From Methanoregula sp. (GTDB taxonomy: Archaea; Halobacteriota; Methanomicrobia; Methanomicrobiales; Methanospirillaceae), in assembly GCA_039698055.1 (NCBI GenBank), contig JBDKTL010000024.1, positions 1 to 64,000 on the forward strand: a stretch of 64,000 bases of DNA, given 5' to 3'. The position numbers were made by a program, and so were the translations under genes. The notes beneath the pieces were generated by a model. The model was given only the letters and a program-made list of their open reading frames with translations. It did not search any database and was not told the origin of the DNA. Shown here in pieces: positions 47,680-58,129 of this stretch. Numbering within the stretch: the stretch's first letter is position 1; each line of letters starts with the position of its first letter.

Positions 47680-49445
47680 CGATTTCCCTCCCGGACAATC
47701 GCGCCAACCGGACAAATCTGGACACAGACGGCACAACCGCTGCACAAATCATTGATCAGCGCTTTTTCTTCGACAAGCTCAATTGCGGGGCAACCGAACC
47801 GTACACAGGTTCCACATCCCGTGCAGATCTCTGGATCAACCATATAATGTGCCCGTTTGACTCCACAACGGCGCGCCATTATCACGCACATCTGCTTGGC
47901 GATGATAACCTTGACTCCATCTCTCTTTTTGGCGTCCTCCAGCACCCGTAGCATGCCGGTAAGATCATAAGGGTCGATTGTCTCAACAAAATTCACACCG
48001 CTGGCCCGGCACAGCGCATCAAGAGAAACCGGTGGAGTTGCCACCCCAGTGGCTGTAACACCAGTATTCGGGTTTGGCTGGTGCCCGGTCATCGCCGTGA
48101 TACGGTTGTCGAGGATAACAACCGTCATATTTGCGCCATTGTACACCGCGTTTATAAGGCCCTGAATGCCGGTGTGCAGGAACGTAGAATCTCCAATCGT
48201 ACAGACAATATCGTGTGGATCTCCGGAATGGGCGATACCGCTTCCCACCGTGATCGACGCGCCCATGCAGATCGTGGTGTCAACCACACCAAGCTGAATA
48301 CCGAGGGTATAACACCCGATATCGCTGGGATAAATCGCGTCCTTGAACACTTTTTTTATGGCATAGAACGCCGCACGGTGGTGGCAGCCGGCACAAAGGA
48401 TGGGAGGACGCAACGGAAGATTCTGTATGGGTTCGGGAATCATGTCCATTGATGCCGGTAGAAATCCCGCTTTTCTCATAATCCCGGCAACCACCTGAGG
48501 GGATAGTTCCCCTTCATACGGGGCATACCCGTTCTTCTTGCCAAAAACCGGAACACACTTGGCAACCTGTCGCACAATCTCTTCCACAACCGGTGCCAGT
48601 TCTTCAATAACGAGAATTTTTTCGTGTTTTTGTATGAATTCCTCCAGCCATTCTTCATCAATCGGGTATGCTCCGATTTTTAAGAACGAAACATCGGACG
48701 GCAGAAGTTCCTGTACATACGTGGCACCAATCCCGCTTGCAATAATTGCAGTTTTCCCGCCATACGTGAACCAGTTATATCCACGTTCTACGAGTCGTTT
48801 TCTGATGGCGGGCTGTTTTTCATTGAGTTTTTTATGGAGAATCCGGGTATGGGCAGGGATTACAACGTATTGACGCGGATCTTTATGGAATTCGCCCTTT
48901 CCCGAGCCCGCAACCGGATCACCCAATTGAACGTCACCTTTAGAGTGACAGATGCGTGTAGTGGGGCGGAACAATACCGGAAGCCCGAACTCCTCAGAGA
49001 GCGAAAATGCATCACGCGCCATATCGTGCGCCTCCTGCACACTTGCCGGATCAAGGCAGGGAACGCGGGCAAAGTGCGCATAGCACCGGGTATCCTGTTC
49101 ATTCTGGGAACTGTGCGCGAACGGATCATCTGCGCTCATAATCACTAAACCACCGGTCACGCCGGTATATGCACTGGTCATCAGCGGATCTGCAGCAACG
49201 TTCAGGCCCACATGTTTCATCGTGCAGAGCGCCCGTATGCCGCACCATGCAGCTGCAAGAGCATTCTCCAGTGCCACTTTTTCATTTACCGACCATTCAA
49301 TATGGTAAGACGGTTCTTTTTGCGCACGGAGGACATCGATCACTTCTGATGACGGCGTCCCCGGGTAACCGCTCACGAAATCAACACCCGATTCAAGACA
49401 GGCATGGGCAATTGCTTCGTTTCCGAGGAGATATTTTTGTTCCAT
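47676..49445 (-). CDS. iorA: Indolepyruvate ferredoxin oxidoreductase subunit alpha
   Basis: LLGNEAIA, YPGTPSSE, MKHVGLNVAAD, SSQNEQD, IGDSTF.H, two ferredoxin motifs. Confidence 0.96.
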   Translation of the reverse strand: MEQKYLLGNEAIAHACLESGVDFVSGYPGTPSSEVIDVLRAQKEPSYHIEWSVNEKVALENALAAAWCGIRALCTMKHVGLNVAADPLMTSAYTGVTGGLVIMSADDPFAHSSQNEQDTRCYAHFARVPCLDPASVQEAHDMARDAFSLSEEFGLPVLFRPTTRICHSKGDVQLGDPVAGSGKGEFHKDPRQYVVIPAHTRILHKKLNEKQPAIRKRLVERGYNWFTYGGKTAIIASGIGATYVQELLPSDVSFLKIGAYPIDEEWLEEFIQKHEKILVIEELAPVVEEIVRQVAKCVPVFGKKNGYAPYEGELSPQVVAGIMRKAGFLPASMDMIPEPIQNLPLRPPILCAGCHHRAAFYAIKKVFKDAIYPSDIGCYTLGIQLGVVDTTICMGASITVGSGIAHSGDPHDIVCTIGDSTFLHTGIQGLINAVYNGANMTVVILDNRITAMTGHQPNPNTGVTATGVATPPVSLDALCRASGVNFVETIDPYDLTGMLRVLEDAKKRDGVKVIIAKQMCVIMARRCGVKRAHYMVDPEICTGCGTCVRFGCPAIELVEEKALINDLCSGCAVCVQICPVGAIVREGNR

Positions 49446-49585
49446 AATCCCAGATCCGTATGAGATACGTGTTTTTTTAAGGCACATATCCCTATCTAAT
49501 TATTCACTAGCTGTGCATTTTCGGATTCACAACCTATAAAAACTCTGGTGGAGTAGTTATTAGGGTAAATTTCCATTGTCATTTT

Positions 49586-49659
49586 GGGCCCGTAGCATAG
49601 CTCGGTGGTGCGCCCGGCTGATAACCGGGAGGTCATGCGTTCAAATCGCATCGGGCCCA
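49586..49659 (+). tRNA. tRNA-Ile(GAT)
   Basis: GGGCCCG/CGGGCCC acceptor, CCCGG-CTGATAA-CCGGG. Confidence 0.96.
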
Positions 49660-49700
49660 TTTCTGTTGTTTTATTATAGTTTTTATGCGTACAGGATGTC

Positions 49701-50156
49701 ATGGAGAAAAACCATTCAATTATTCTTCTGGCCGGAATTCTTGTCTGCGCAACCTGTTTTTTTATCAATATTTACCTTGGCGGAATAGCGGCAATCATTC
49801 TGGTGGCATTGGCGATGTCATTTTTTATCTTTGAAGATGCGAAGGTTCTGCCGGAAATTTCGGTGCGACTCCATGCAGATGCAAAACAGGTTATCGTTTC
49901 CAATGGGGGGACCGCAACCGCATATAAAATCCATGTCGCGATTGTTCCGCATGATATTGAATATGATATTGCTGGTCTTGAACCGGATAAAAGCCACGGG
50001 CACCCGCTTGACCATATGATTAATGAGGCAAAATCAGTCATCAGTTACGAAGACGCAGAGGGCAATCACTATACCAAAACATCGAAACTTTCTGCATTGG
50101 GCGATAGCGAGGACGACCTCCTCAAACCAATGTTTCCGCTTTTTAACTGGAAATAA
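49701..50156 (+). CDS. Hypothetical membrane protein
   Basis: Two N-terminal TM helices plus small beta domain. Confidence 0.75.
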   Translation: MEKNHSIILLAGILVCATCFFINIYLGGIAAIILVALAMSFFIFEDAKVLPEISVRLHADAKQVIVSNGGTATAYKIHVAIVPHDIEYDIAGLEPDKSHGHPLDHMINEAKSVISYEDAEGNHYTKTSKLSALGDSEDDLLKPMFPLFNWK

Positions 50157-50170
50157 ATAAATAAATAATA

Positions 50171-50701
50171 TTACTGTTTGCGGGCAAAAATATACCCGAT
50201 AACCTTGTCAAGCGCTTCAATAAGTTCTTTTTCCGCTTTCAGGTAGTCATGCATTGCCTGGTAGAGCATAATCATAACATCGTAGCCGTATATCTCAATT
50301 GCTGACTCCGGGTCGATGGGATTGAGATATGAATCAGTGATAAACCCATCGGAGCTGTACATCAACTCAAAGAATTTTCCTTCCTCAGAAAGTACACAAA
50401 ACTGGTCGGTGATTTTTTTTGCAGGATTGTCAGGACGGAAATCCGCGGGGTCGGTTTTCCCGAGGATGATCATTTTTGAGGTATGATAACTGGCATCGTA
50501 AAGCTCGTTTTTGGTATCCTGCTTGCCAATCTTGAGCAGGTTTAACCCGACGGATTTCACCACAGGCAATGCTGAAATCCCCATGCGCCCCAGAAGTTTT
50601 CCGTCATGGGTTTTAATCTCTTCAGAAAGGTTTGCCTCCTTCTTTTTCATCTCGTCAATTTTCTTCAATATTGCGTTAAAACCAGTTTCAATTGCATCCA
50701 T
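50171..50701 (-). CDS. Hypothetical protein
   Basis: 176-aa ORF with terminal coiled-coil-like segments; GGTGA RBS. Confidence 0.75.
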   Translation of the reverse strand: MDAIETGFNAILKKIDEMKKKEANLSEEIKTHDGKLLGRMGISALPVVKSVGLNLLKIGKQDTKNELYDASYHTSKMIILGKTDPADFRPDNPAKKITDQFCVLSEEGKFFELMYSSDGFITDSYLNPIDPESAIEIYGYDVMIMLYQAMHDYLKAEKELIEALDKVIGYIFARKQ

Positions 50702-50814
50702 ATCATATCACCATTATCAGACATGTATCACGAAGGACATGAATAATTACCGTTCCGGCTAATAAATCGCTCGGATTTTATACCATCTCCACCGTTCAAC
50801 AACGGGGAAGACTA

Positions 50815-52080
50815 TCAGGAGACACGTTCACCGGTAAAAAAATAGTGTCGGTCATGCGTAATCCGGACATTTCCGGTGAAACCGAGGGGGAGATCTTCTT
50901 TGATCACTACACCCTGGTACGTTGGCGTTCTGGCCATTACGGAACCTTTCCGGAGTTTCTCTGTAACTATAACAGGCTGTATTGTCTCAAGAAGTGGTGC
51001 GTTAAGTGCTGTATATATTTTTTTAGCACAAGTGTTCAGGATTCGGGACCGGTCTTTTTTCACGAAATCCGGGAAGTCTTTTTCCAAAAAGGGACCGGTG
51101 AACGGGCGGGCAGAATACCGCGTAATGTTTACTTTGTTGAGGCGCATCCGGTTGAGAAGCGCAAGGGACTGGTTGAAGTCATCAGGAGTTTCCCCGGGAA
51201 ATCCCACTATCATATCAGTAACAAGACTGATATCCGGGTATCGGTTCCTGAAAGTTGATACAATCTTTTTAAAATCCTGAACCGAATATCCCCGTTTCAT
51301 CTGCGAAAGAACAGTGTCCGAGCCCGATTGAACAGGGAGATGAATAAACCGGAAAAGGTGATCGCCCCCTAAAACTTCGACCAGTTCCGGAAGGATAGGT
51401 TTTACTGTTGCAGGGTTTATCATGCCAATCCGGATTCGATAATTTCCGGGGATTGCAGTTAGTTTTTCCAGTAATGAGGGGAGTGTTCTTCCGAGATCCA
51501 GCCCCCATGAACTCAGGTCCTGCGCGGTAAGCTGGATTTCAGGGGCCCCGGCCCGGATAAATGCGCGGGTTTTATCGATGATCTCATCTTCAGAAAAACT
51601 TTTCAAAGGTCCGCGGGCGGTTCGCGTAATGCAGTAGGAACAGTTCCCCACGCACCCTTGTGCTACCTGAACAATACCTGCACCTCCGCATGATACGGTT
51701 TTTATACGGCTGTACACATCACGGATCATCTGTGGAGGGATGATCACCGGGGAACATACAGCAAAAATTGCCTCACGCTGCACCATGGACATGCACCCGG
51801 TCACAAAAAGAGGTTTGTCATCGAATTGTATGAGACGCCGAAGCATGCGTCTCTCGGTGGGCCCCACAACCGTGCAGGTATTAATAATAACAACATCTGA
51901 CTTTTCTGGTGTCTCAACGATACTTGCGCCTATCTTTTTGAGAATTTCTACAAGGTTTGCAGTATCGCCGAAATTATAAGTACACCCATATGTTTCGACA
52001 TACACACGCTTTCCGGCAAGCGCCTGGAGTTCTGAGGGAATCTTAAGAGGAATGAGGTCTTTTTGGTCAATATCTGCCAT
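50815..52080 (-). CDS. tRNA t6A37 methylthiotransferase (e-MtaB / MiaB-like radical SAM)
   Basis: ETYGC..N, INTCTV, CVGNCSYC, HLPVQSGSD, IVGFPGET, TRAM-like C-terminus. Confidence 0.9.
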   Translation of the reverse strand: MADIDQKDLIPLKIPSELQALAGKRVYVETYGCTYNFGDTANLVEILKKIGASIVETPEKSDVVIINTCTVVGPTERRMLRRLIQFDDKPLFVTGCMSMVQREAIFAVCSPVIIPPQMIRDVYSRIKTVSCGGAGIVQVAQGCVGNCSYCITRTARGPLKSFSEDEIIDKTRAFIRAGAPEIQLTAQDLSSWGLDLGRTLPSLLEKLTAIPGNYRIRIGMINPATVKPILPELVEVLGGDHLFRFIHLPVQSGSDTVLSQMKRGYSVQDFKKIVSTFRNRYPDISLVTDMIVGFPGETPDDFNQSLALLNRMRLNKVNITRYSARPFTGPFLEKDFPDFVKKDRSRILNTCAKKIYTALNAPLLETIQPVIVTEKLRKGSVMARTPTYQGVVIKEDLPLGFTGNVRITHDRHYFFTGERVS

Positions 52081-52193
52081 AATCGCACTATATTTTTCAT
52101 TAGAGCGCCAACCAATAAAATATTCATAATTCCCCGGATGAAAAACCGGAATAAACACAACAATTAACCAATGAAACCCATAATCTGTTTACC

Positions 52194-52952
52194 ATGATGA
52201 GAATCGGGCTGCTCGGCTGCGGTAATATCGGGCATATTATTGCACTGCATGCAGAGGGTTTCGAAGTCTCAGCGGTCTATGATAAAGTCTATCTGCGGGC
52301 GCAAGAGATCGCAGAACTTTCCCATGGACAAGCATACGAGAATTTTGAATCGTTCCTGAATGCAGATATCGATATCGTTGTAGAAGCAGCTTCTGTCAGT
52401 GCGGTAAAAGTGTATGCAAAAATGGTTTTATCCCACCGTAAAAATCTGGTCATCATGAGCGTCGGCGCACTTGCAGATCCGGCTTTCAGGAAAGACATCC
52501 ACGATACAGCTAAAAAATTCGGACAAAAGGTCTATTTCCCGAGCGGTGCCATTTTCGGACTTGACAATCTCAAGGTCGGCAGGATTTCCCCCATGAAGAA
52601 ACTTCTCCTCCGTACAACAAAAAGCCCGAAATCGCTCGGGATTACTGCTGATTCGCGACAGATCATTTTTTCCGGGAAAGCCAATGAATGTATCAAAGCA
52701 TACCCAAAAAATGTCAATGTGTCAGTAGCGATGAGTCTTGCTGCCGGGCAGGAAGCCGATGTCGAACTCTGGGCGGATCCTCTTGTGGACAGGAACATCC
52801 ATGAACTGTTTATTGAGGGGGATTTTGGGGAGACCTATATTAAAGTGACAAATGTCCCAAGCCCGGACAATCCTGCGACAAGTTACCTTGCGGCTCTTTC
52901 CATCCTCTCGCTGTTAAAAAATCTGGATGACCCGTTTGTGGTAGGAACATGA
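52194..52952 (+). CDS. nadX: L-aspartate dehydrogenase
   Basis: GCGNIG, VEAAS, SVGAL, PSGAI.GLD, P.NVNV, NP.TS.LA. Confidence 0.93.
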   Translation: MMRIGLLGCGNIGHIIALHAEGFEVSAVYDKVYLRAQEIAELSHGQAYENFESFLNADIDIVVEAASVSAVKVYAKMVLSHRKNLVIMSVGALADPAFRKDIHDTAKKFGQKVYFPSGAIFGLDNLKVGRISPMKKLLLRTTKSPKSLGITADSRQIIFSGKANECIKAYPKNVNVSVAMSLAAGQEADVELWADPLVDRNIHELFIEGDFGETYIKVTNVPSPDNPATSYLAALSILSLLKNLDDPFVVGT

Positions 52953-52975
52953 GGATTATTCCGGGGTAGCCCTGT

Positions 52976-53806
52976 ATGGTTCCGATTGAATACCTGTTGC
53001 ATTTTATTGAAGAAGACGCACCGTTTGGCGATGCAACATCAGATGCCATCATACCAGATATTACCTGCAATGCTGTGATCCGGTCTGAGGAGCCTGGTAT
53101 TATTGCAGGTCTTGAAGAGGCATCCGCGCTTTTTGCCCATTATGGCATTCAGATTAAAAGCGATGTTGTCGATGGTGTTCTGGTAAAACGGGGAGACTTG
53201 CTCCTGTCACTCTGCGGGAATGCCAAAAAAATTCTGCTTGTTGAACGCACTGCTCTTAATATTATCGGGAGGATGAGCGGCATCGCAACCCGAACACACC
53301 AGATGGCCAGTGTTATCAGAGAGGTCAACCCCCGTTGCCGGGTGGCGGGGACACGAAAAACCTGCCCGGGTTTTCGGGCGCTCGATAAAAAGGCAGTTGT
53401 TCTTGGAGGCGGCGAATCACACCGTTCCAGTCTCAGTGATGGAATCCTCATAAAAGACAATCATCTCGTTCTGGTGCCGTTCGCAGATGCGGTCCGGGCT
53501 GCAAAAAACGCCACCTGGTATAAGAAAATTGAAATTGAAGTTGAAACCTGTAAAGACGCACTGGTTGCTGCAAAAGCTGGTGCAGACATCATAATGCTCG
53601 ATAATATGAGTCCTGATCATATCAGGAAAACACTTGCCGCATTAACGAACGAAGGGCTCCGGGACGTAGTTACAATTGAACTTTCCGGTGGTATCAATGG
53701 GGAAAATATCAAGGACTATGCGGCGCTGGGTGCAGATGTGATAAGTCTTGGTGCCCTCACCCATACGGTCAGGAATTTTTCAGTAAATCTTGAAATTCTT
53801 ACCTGA
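52976..53806 (+). CDS. nadC: Nicotinate-nucleotide pyrophosphorylase
   Basis: ERTALN, TRKT.PG, HR..LSD.ILIKDNH, EIEVE, IMLDN, SGGI. Confidence 0.95.
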   Translation: MVPIEYLLHFIEEDAPFGDATSDAIIPDITCNAVIRSEEPGIIAGLEEASALFAHYGIQIKSDVVDGVLVKRGDLLLSLCGNAKKILLVERTALNIIGRMSGIATRTHQMASVIREVNPRCRVAGTRKTCPGFRALDKKAVVLGGGESHRSSLSDGILIKDNHLVLVPFADAVRAAKNATWYKKIEIEVETCKDALVAAKAGADIIMLDNMSPDHIRKTLAALTNEGLRDVVTIELSGGINGENIKDYAALGADVISLGALTHTVRNFSVNLEILT

Positions 53807-53958
53807 TTTCCATTTTTTGTGGTGTACCCGATCATTGGAGTTACGGGTGGTTTTGCTGGTTATGAGTAAGAAACGGGATCTCCTGCACCACTCAACAATA
53901 AAGGGATGGGATAAGCTTATCATTTTTCGTTTTAAAAAGGTGGTTGAAGGGATAAAAG

Positions 53959-54549
53959 ATGGTCGTTTCACAACCCCCCGAACCTGGGACTGATTTGGGA
54001 TTGGTTCAAACACCGGATGTAGAAGCAACATTGAAGATAAATCGTAAAAGAAGAGTGAGGGGACTTATCGATTTACTGAAAAGCGAGTACCTTGATTCCC
54101 GGTGGAAAGCAGCAGAGGCATTAGGAGAGGTGGGCGATCCGGAAGCCGTTGAACCATTGATTGCCGCATTAAAGGACCCCTATGTCGAGGTCCAGTGGCT
54201 GGCGGCAAAATCTCTTGGTATGATTGGTGACCGCCGTGCGGTGGAACCACTTATCTCGTCGCTCTCATCCCCCGATAAATGGCTCCGTACCGGTGCCGCA
54301 TGGGGTTTAGGAAGACTTCACGAGAGGCGTGCGGTAGAACCGCTCATACTGCGCTTAAAAGATCCTAAACACAAGGTTCGATCTACTGCTGCGGTGGCGC
54401 TCGGTATGATTGGCGATGCGCGGGCAGTCGCCCCACTCACCCTTGCCATCCAGGATCCCGATGCAGATGTCCGGAACGCTGCACAAGAAGCACTTGCCAC
54501 AATCACAAGACAAGGATCAAACAGAGAGGCCGATACATTAACTTCCTGA
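53959..54549 (+). CDS. HEAT/PBS-lyase repeat protein
   Basis: ~31-aa repeats AA.ALG.IGD.RAVEPLI..L.D. Confidence 0.92.
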   Translation: MVVSQPPEPGTDLGLVQTPDVEATLKINRKRRVRGLIDLLKSEYLDSRWKAAEALGEVGDPEAVEPLIAALKDPYVEVQWLAAKSLGMIGDRRAVEPLISSLSSPDKWLRTGAAWGLGRLHERRAVEPLILRLKDPKHKVRSTAAVALGMIGDARAVAPLTLAIQDPDADVRNAAQEALATITRQGSNREADTLTS

Positions 54550-54623
54550 TTTTTTATTCTTGATACGATATCAGGACAACGTTTGGTAGTGGAAACGGAA
54601 ACATCCGCAAATATCAAAAAAAG

Positions 54624-55214
54624 TTAGAGTTTTATTACTTTCACTTCGGTATTGACTGCATCGTGTTGGGTGCCTCTCCAGCCTTCCTGTGAACTGGAAA
54701 AACGCGGGTCAATAATGAGGAAATACATGCTTTTGTCTTTGATGGTAAATGTCATATCACTCCGTAAAACATTGCTCTGGGAGAATGCCGGCACAAGAGG
54801 ACTGTAATCCCATTGATCTTTTTTAAGAATTGTGCTCCATTCCGGATCTGCCGTGATAAATTTGATCTCGTCATTTTTATCAATAACCAGTACATTCACC
54901 GGTTTGTCAGAATTTATTGATACTTTGAAAGAATCACCAGGGTAAAGATACTGGAAGCCGTAGTCTTCAAATGCATACTTCTGGAAGGTGGTCTTGTATC
55001 CGGACATCTGGTTAATTTTCTCATTGATAATGATCCGTTCAGAAGCGACGGTTGTGAGAGATGGAGATGCAACAGTCCCCGATGCTGATGGTGTCTGCGT
55101 TGCCAGAGGTGCCTTCGTTGCTGCTTGCCCAGCAGGAGTCGTACCTGTACATCCACACATACATGCTAGGGTAATAAGGATGCACAGTACTAAAAGCCCA
55201 AAAATTCGGTTCAT
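54624..55214 (-). CDS. Hypothetical lipoprotein
   Basis: Signal peptide with MCGC lipobox-like motif, Thr/Ser linker. Confidence 0.75.
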   Translation of the reverse strand: MNRIFGLLVLCILITLACMCGCTGTTPAGQAATKAPLATQTPSASGTVASPSLTTVASERIIINEKINQMSGYKTTFQKYAFEDYGFQYLYPGDSFKVSINSDKPVNVLVIDKNDEIKFITADPEWSTILKKDQWDYSPLVPAFSQSNVLRSDMTFTIKDKSMYFLIIDPRFSSSQEGWRGTQHDAVNTEVKVIKL

Positions 55215-55326
55215 ACGTTTACATTGCTTACCGGTTTTAATAATTTTTTTAAATATATTATTCCGGGAAATGCCTTAAAAAGAAATCATCAATATTCCAA
55301 CACGAATCAGCTGGTTCACATTTGGA

Positions 55327-55692
55327 TTACGAAATAATCCGTATATCCTCCGCCGCAGCTACCTGAATCTCCTTTTTACCCTGATAGGTGTGGACGGTAC
55401 CATACAATGAACAGTTCATTCCCTTAAAAAAAGAGCGATCTCTGGCTACCTGTGCTGGGATAAAAATGGTGACATTATTCATCTCGAGGATCAAATGCCC
55501 CCCGTTTTTAAGAACCGTTGCCTGATCCACGGTTCCGGTAAGAACAACCAGTTCACCCTCTGACGACTGGTTGGTGAATACCGACGCAAATGGTTGTTTT
55601 CCAAGAGTGTTAAGCACAAGATGCGCTGCAAGAACTGCAACAGCGATGCTGATCAATAAAATGAGCGCAATCCGTTCCTGGTACCCGAACAT
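55327..55692 (-). CDS. Membrane-anchored OB-fold hypothetical protein
   Basis: N-terminal TM; V.LTGTV...GGHLIL...LYGTV..YQGKKEI. Confidence 0.7.
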   Translation of the reverse strand: MFGYQERIALILLISIAVAVLAAHLVLNTLGKQPFASVFTNQSSEGELVVLTGTVDQATVLKNGGHLILEMNNVTIFIPAQVARDRSFFKGMNCSLYGTVHTYQGKKEIQVAAAEDIRIIS

Positions 55693-55739
55693 AAAAGAAA
55701 TCTATGAGTCCCCGGTTTAAATGCCCGATAGGTTGATAT

Positions 55740-55754
55740 GTTAACACTGTTAAC
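55740..55754. promoter_or_regulatory. Palindromic operator GTTAACA-C-TGTTAAC
   Basis: Perfect 7-1-7 inverted repeat between a TTTAAAT box (~55716) and ATG 55764 of a wHTH gene. Confidence 0.6.
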
Positions 55755-55763
55755 TTATCTGTC

Positions 55764-56009
55764 ATGTATAACACAACATTACCCCCATCATCGAAAACGG
55801 TGCTCGGGATCCTTGACAAGGGTGGTGCCATGACCCACAAAGACATTGTTTTGAAAAGCCAGCTGGCGCCCCGAACAGTTCGCTATGCATTAAAAAAACT
55901 CAAAGAGCGGCATCTCATCATTGAGAAATTCAACTTCCGGGATGCACGACAGATCATCTACCAGAACCGTCCTGTGTCTGCTCTCGAAGCAATGTCTGTG
56001 GTTGTATGA
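55764..56009 (+). CDS. Small winged-helix transcriptional regulator
   Basis: LPPSSKTVL..L...MTHKDI...LAPRTVRYALKKL...NFRDARQ. Confidence 0.88.
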   Translation: MYNTTLPPSSKTVLGILDKGGAMTHKDIVLKSQLAPRTVRYALKKLKERHLIIEKFNFRDARQIIYQNRPVSALEAMSVVV

Positions 56010-56314
56010 TAAAACATACCTGCACACTCATGCACTGTGATATGATGGTAAGAACACTTCTGCCACCTATGAGAGCAGAGATGGTGTACAGGTTGGTACA
56101 TAATCAGGGAATCAGTCAGAGCGATGCAGCTATCCGACTTGGTGTCACACGAGCGGCTGTGTCTCAGTATATGAGTAAAAAAAGGGGTGCTGGTGCTGTT
56201 GAAATCTCAACAGAACTCGACGCAATGATCGATCGCTGGGCACTTGCTGTTGTCACTGGAGAAAGTGACATGAATCTCTGCGACGTCTGCCAGTGTGCAT
56301 TAAAAAAGTTTTAA
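56006..56314 (+). CDS. HTH (XRE/COG2522-like) transcriptional regulator with Cys cluster
   Basis: LLP.MRA, SQSDAA.RLGVTRAAVSQY.SKKRG, CDVCQC; ATGA overlap with upstream gene. Confidence 0.85.
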   Translation: MIKHTCTLMHCDMMVRTLLPPMRAEMVYRLVHNQGISQSDAAIRLGVTRAAVSQYMSKKRGAGAVEISTELDAMIDRWALAVVTGESDMNLCDVCQCALKKF

Positions 56315-56412
56315 ATCGCAGATTGTTTATCGTAACGCGTTGTTTTTGAATTTCTCTTTTCTCATAGCCCTTGTTCCCGGCAGTATATTTTTGCAACAGA
56401 AAAATCATATAC

Positions 56413-58077
56413 TTATCGACGATTCTTTCGATAATACAGGATACATAGCAGGCAAAAAACTGCAATTACTGCAGCAATTTTCAGATAATCAACCTGTTGG
56501 CGGGGCGATTTAACCGCGGGGTTCCAGTCATCCATAAAGACTTCATGGAAATAACTGGCAACACCGGGGTGCTCAATGATTACACCAGCCTCCCTGTTAA
56601 AAGTTGGTGAATTGCTGTTCCAGTTAATACTGCTGACAAGTACTTTTCGGTCATCAACTATCACTCCTTTGTTATGGATCTTCTCGATGCCGTTTGTCTC
56701 CAAATTTGCACACCGCGCTTCAAGAGGGAGATGCTCGTTTACGGCAATGCGATTGATCAGTGCAACCATTTCGTCGTTATCTTTTGTGTCTTCGACATTA
56801 TACCAATAGGAATCCAGAAGCACCTGTACCTGCACTCCCCGCCGCGAGGCATTAATTGCAGCAGCAAGATACGGATTGAGTTCTGTGGCCGATTCATTGG
56901 TGATATATGCCTGTTCAATCTCAACACTTATCGTTGCAGAGTCCACAAGCACGGTTATCTGGTTACTGGTATCCGGCGCAAGTACTGGTGTTACAACCGC
57001 GTTATTAAATGTTGCCGGGGAAAAATCAGCCTCATATTCCGTTGAAGATGCGGATTCCGATGGCCCGGGGGATCCATATATGGGCACTATTGTATAACCG
57101 CCCGCATCCGTGTGGAAAACACCAGAGAAATACCCGGCAAGATCGGTATTCTCAAGATAGACGCCCCAGCCCCGGTTTGCAGATTTGCCGCCGGGAGGAA
57201 ACCCGCTGGCTTTGAAATTCTCACTCGTCAGGAGAACTGCACGGTTATCTACGACAAGATACTTCGCATGATCATACCGGTAGGGAGCGTGCCCGCCCGT
57301 TGGAGCGGCCATCTCAAAAACCGGAATACCGCTCTGGTTCATCCGGAAAATCTCCATCTTTTCTTCCGGGCTTATACCGCCTACAGGACCACCTTCGACC
57401 AGCACTACCACATCGACGCCCCGCTTGCGTGCTTCAATAAGTGAAGTGGACAGGTTTGAACTGGAAAATTCGTAAACATTGACAAGAAGTTCATCACTGG
57501 CCCGGTCAACCACTGATGAGAACACCTCAAGAGAACAATCCGGGGAAACAAACGTGGTAACGGTTACATTTTGAAACGTTGACGGTTGTAACCGTGACTG
57601 CCCGAGCATAAGCACGCGCCGGTCCCAGATACCATTATCAAGATAATGCACCTGACCATCACGGGCGATGACATCGTCGGGCCAAGCCACAGACTGGACA
57701 AGTTTCCCGTTCTCGTAGAGCATGAGAACATCCCGTCCGTTTGCCATACGAAGCGTATTCCCGTTTATCACATTCGGAACAGTGGGGGAATTATCAATCC
57801 ATTCAAAATCCGGGCGTTTCCCATGAGTTTTTTCAAACGATTTGGCATTACGGGTAATGGTGATTTGTCCCTGAACCGAGGCACCCGGGGGAAACCGGAA
57901 CCCGCTTTTTCCATCGGAAACGGTAAAACCATCGAGCGGTCCGCTGCCGGAAAGCACTATGTATTCATCCTCGTCATTATAGGTATACGGATCCGGACAG
58001 AACTCCGTGATCAGCACCGCATTGCACGAAACCACGCACAAGCAGAAGAAGAGAATAAGTGCTATGATACCGCGCAT
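56413..58077 (-). CDS. Phospholipase D family protein (two HKD motifs), probable archaeal cardiolipin synthase-type
   Basis: HAKYLVVD and HNKGVIVD; signal peptide, lamin-tail-like N-domain, C-terminal TM. Confidence 0.85.
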   Translation of the reverse strand: MRGIIALILFFCLCVVSCNAVLITEFCPDPYTYNDEDEYIVLSGSGPLDGFTVSDGKSGFRFPPGASVQGQITITRNAKSFEKTHGKRPDFEWIDNSPTVPNVINGNTLRMANGRDVLMLYENGKLVQSVAWPDDVIARDGQVHYLDNGIWDRRVLMLGQSRLQPSTFQNVTVTTFVSPDCSLEVFSSVVDRASDELLVNVYEFSSSNLSTSLIEARKRGVDVVVLVEGGPVGGISPEEKMEIFRMNQSGIPVFEMAAPTGGHAPYRYDHAKYLVVDNRAVLLTSENFKASGFPPGGKSANRGWGVYLENTDLAGYFSGVFHTDAGGYTIVPIYGSPGPSESASSTEYEADFSPATFNNAVVTPVLAPDTSNQITVLVDSATISVEIEQAYITNESATELNPYLAAAINASRRGVQVQVLLDSYWYNVEDTKDNDEMVALINRIAVNEHLPLEARCANLETNGIEKIHNKGVIVDDRKVLVSSINWNSNSPTFNREAGVIIEHPGVASYFHEVFMDDWNPAVKSPRQQVDYLKIAAVIAVFCLLCILYYRKNRR

Positions 58078-58129
58078 AGAGAATCACATTCTCTATGCTT
58101 CTTTTATAATCTAACGATATACATTTCCC

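Noticed and set aside
49496-49768. 90-aa minus-strand ORF
   Set aside because: Overlaps tRNA-Ile(GAT) antisense
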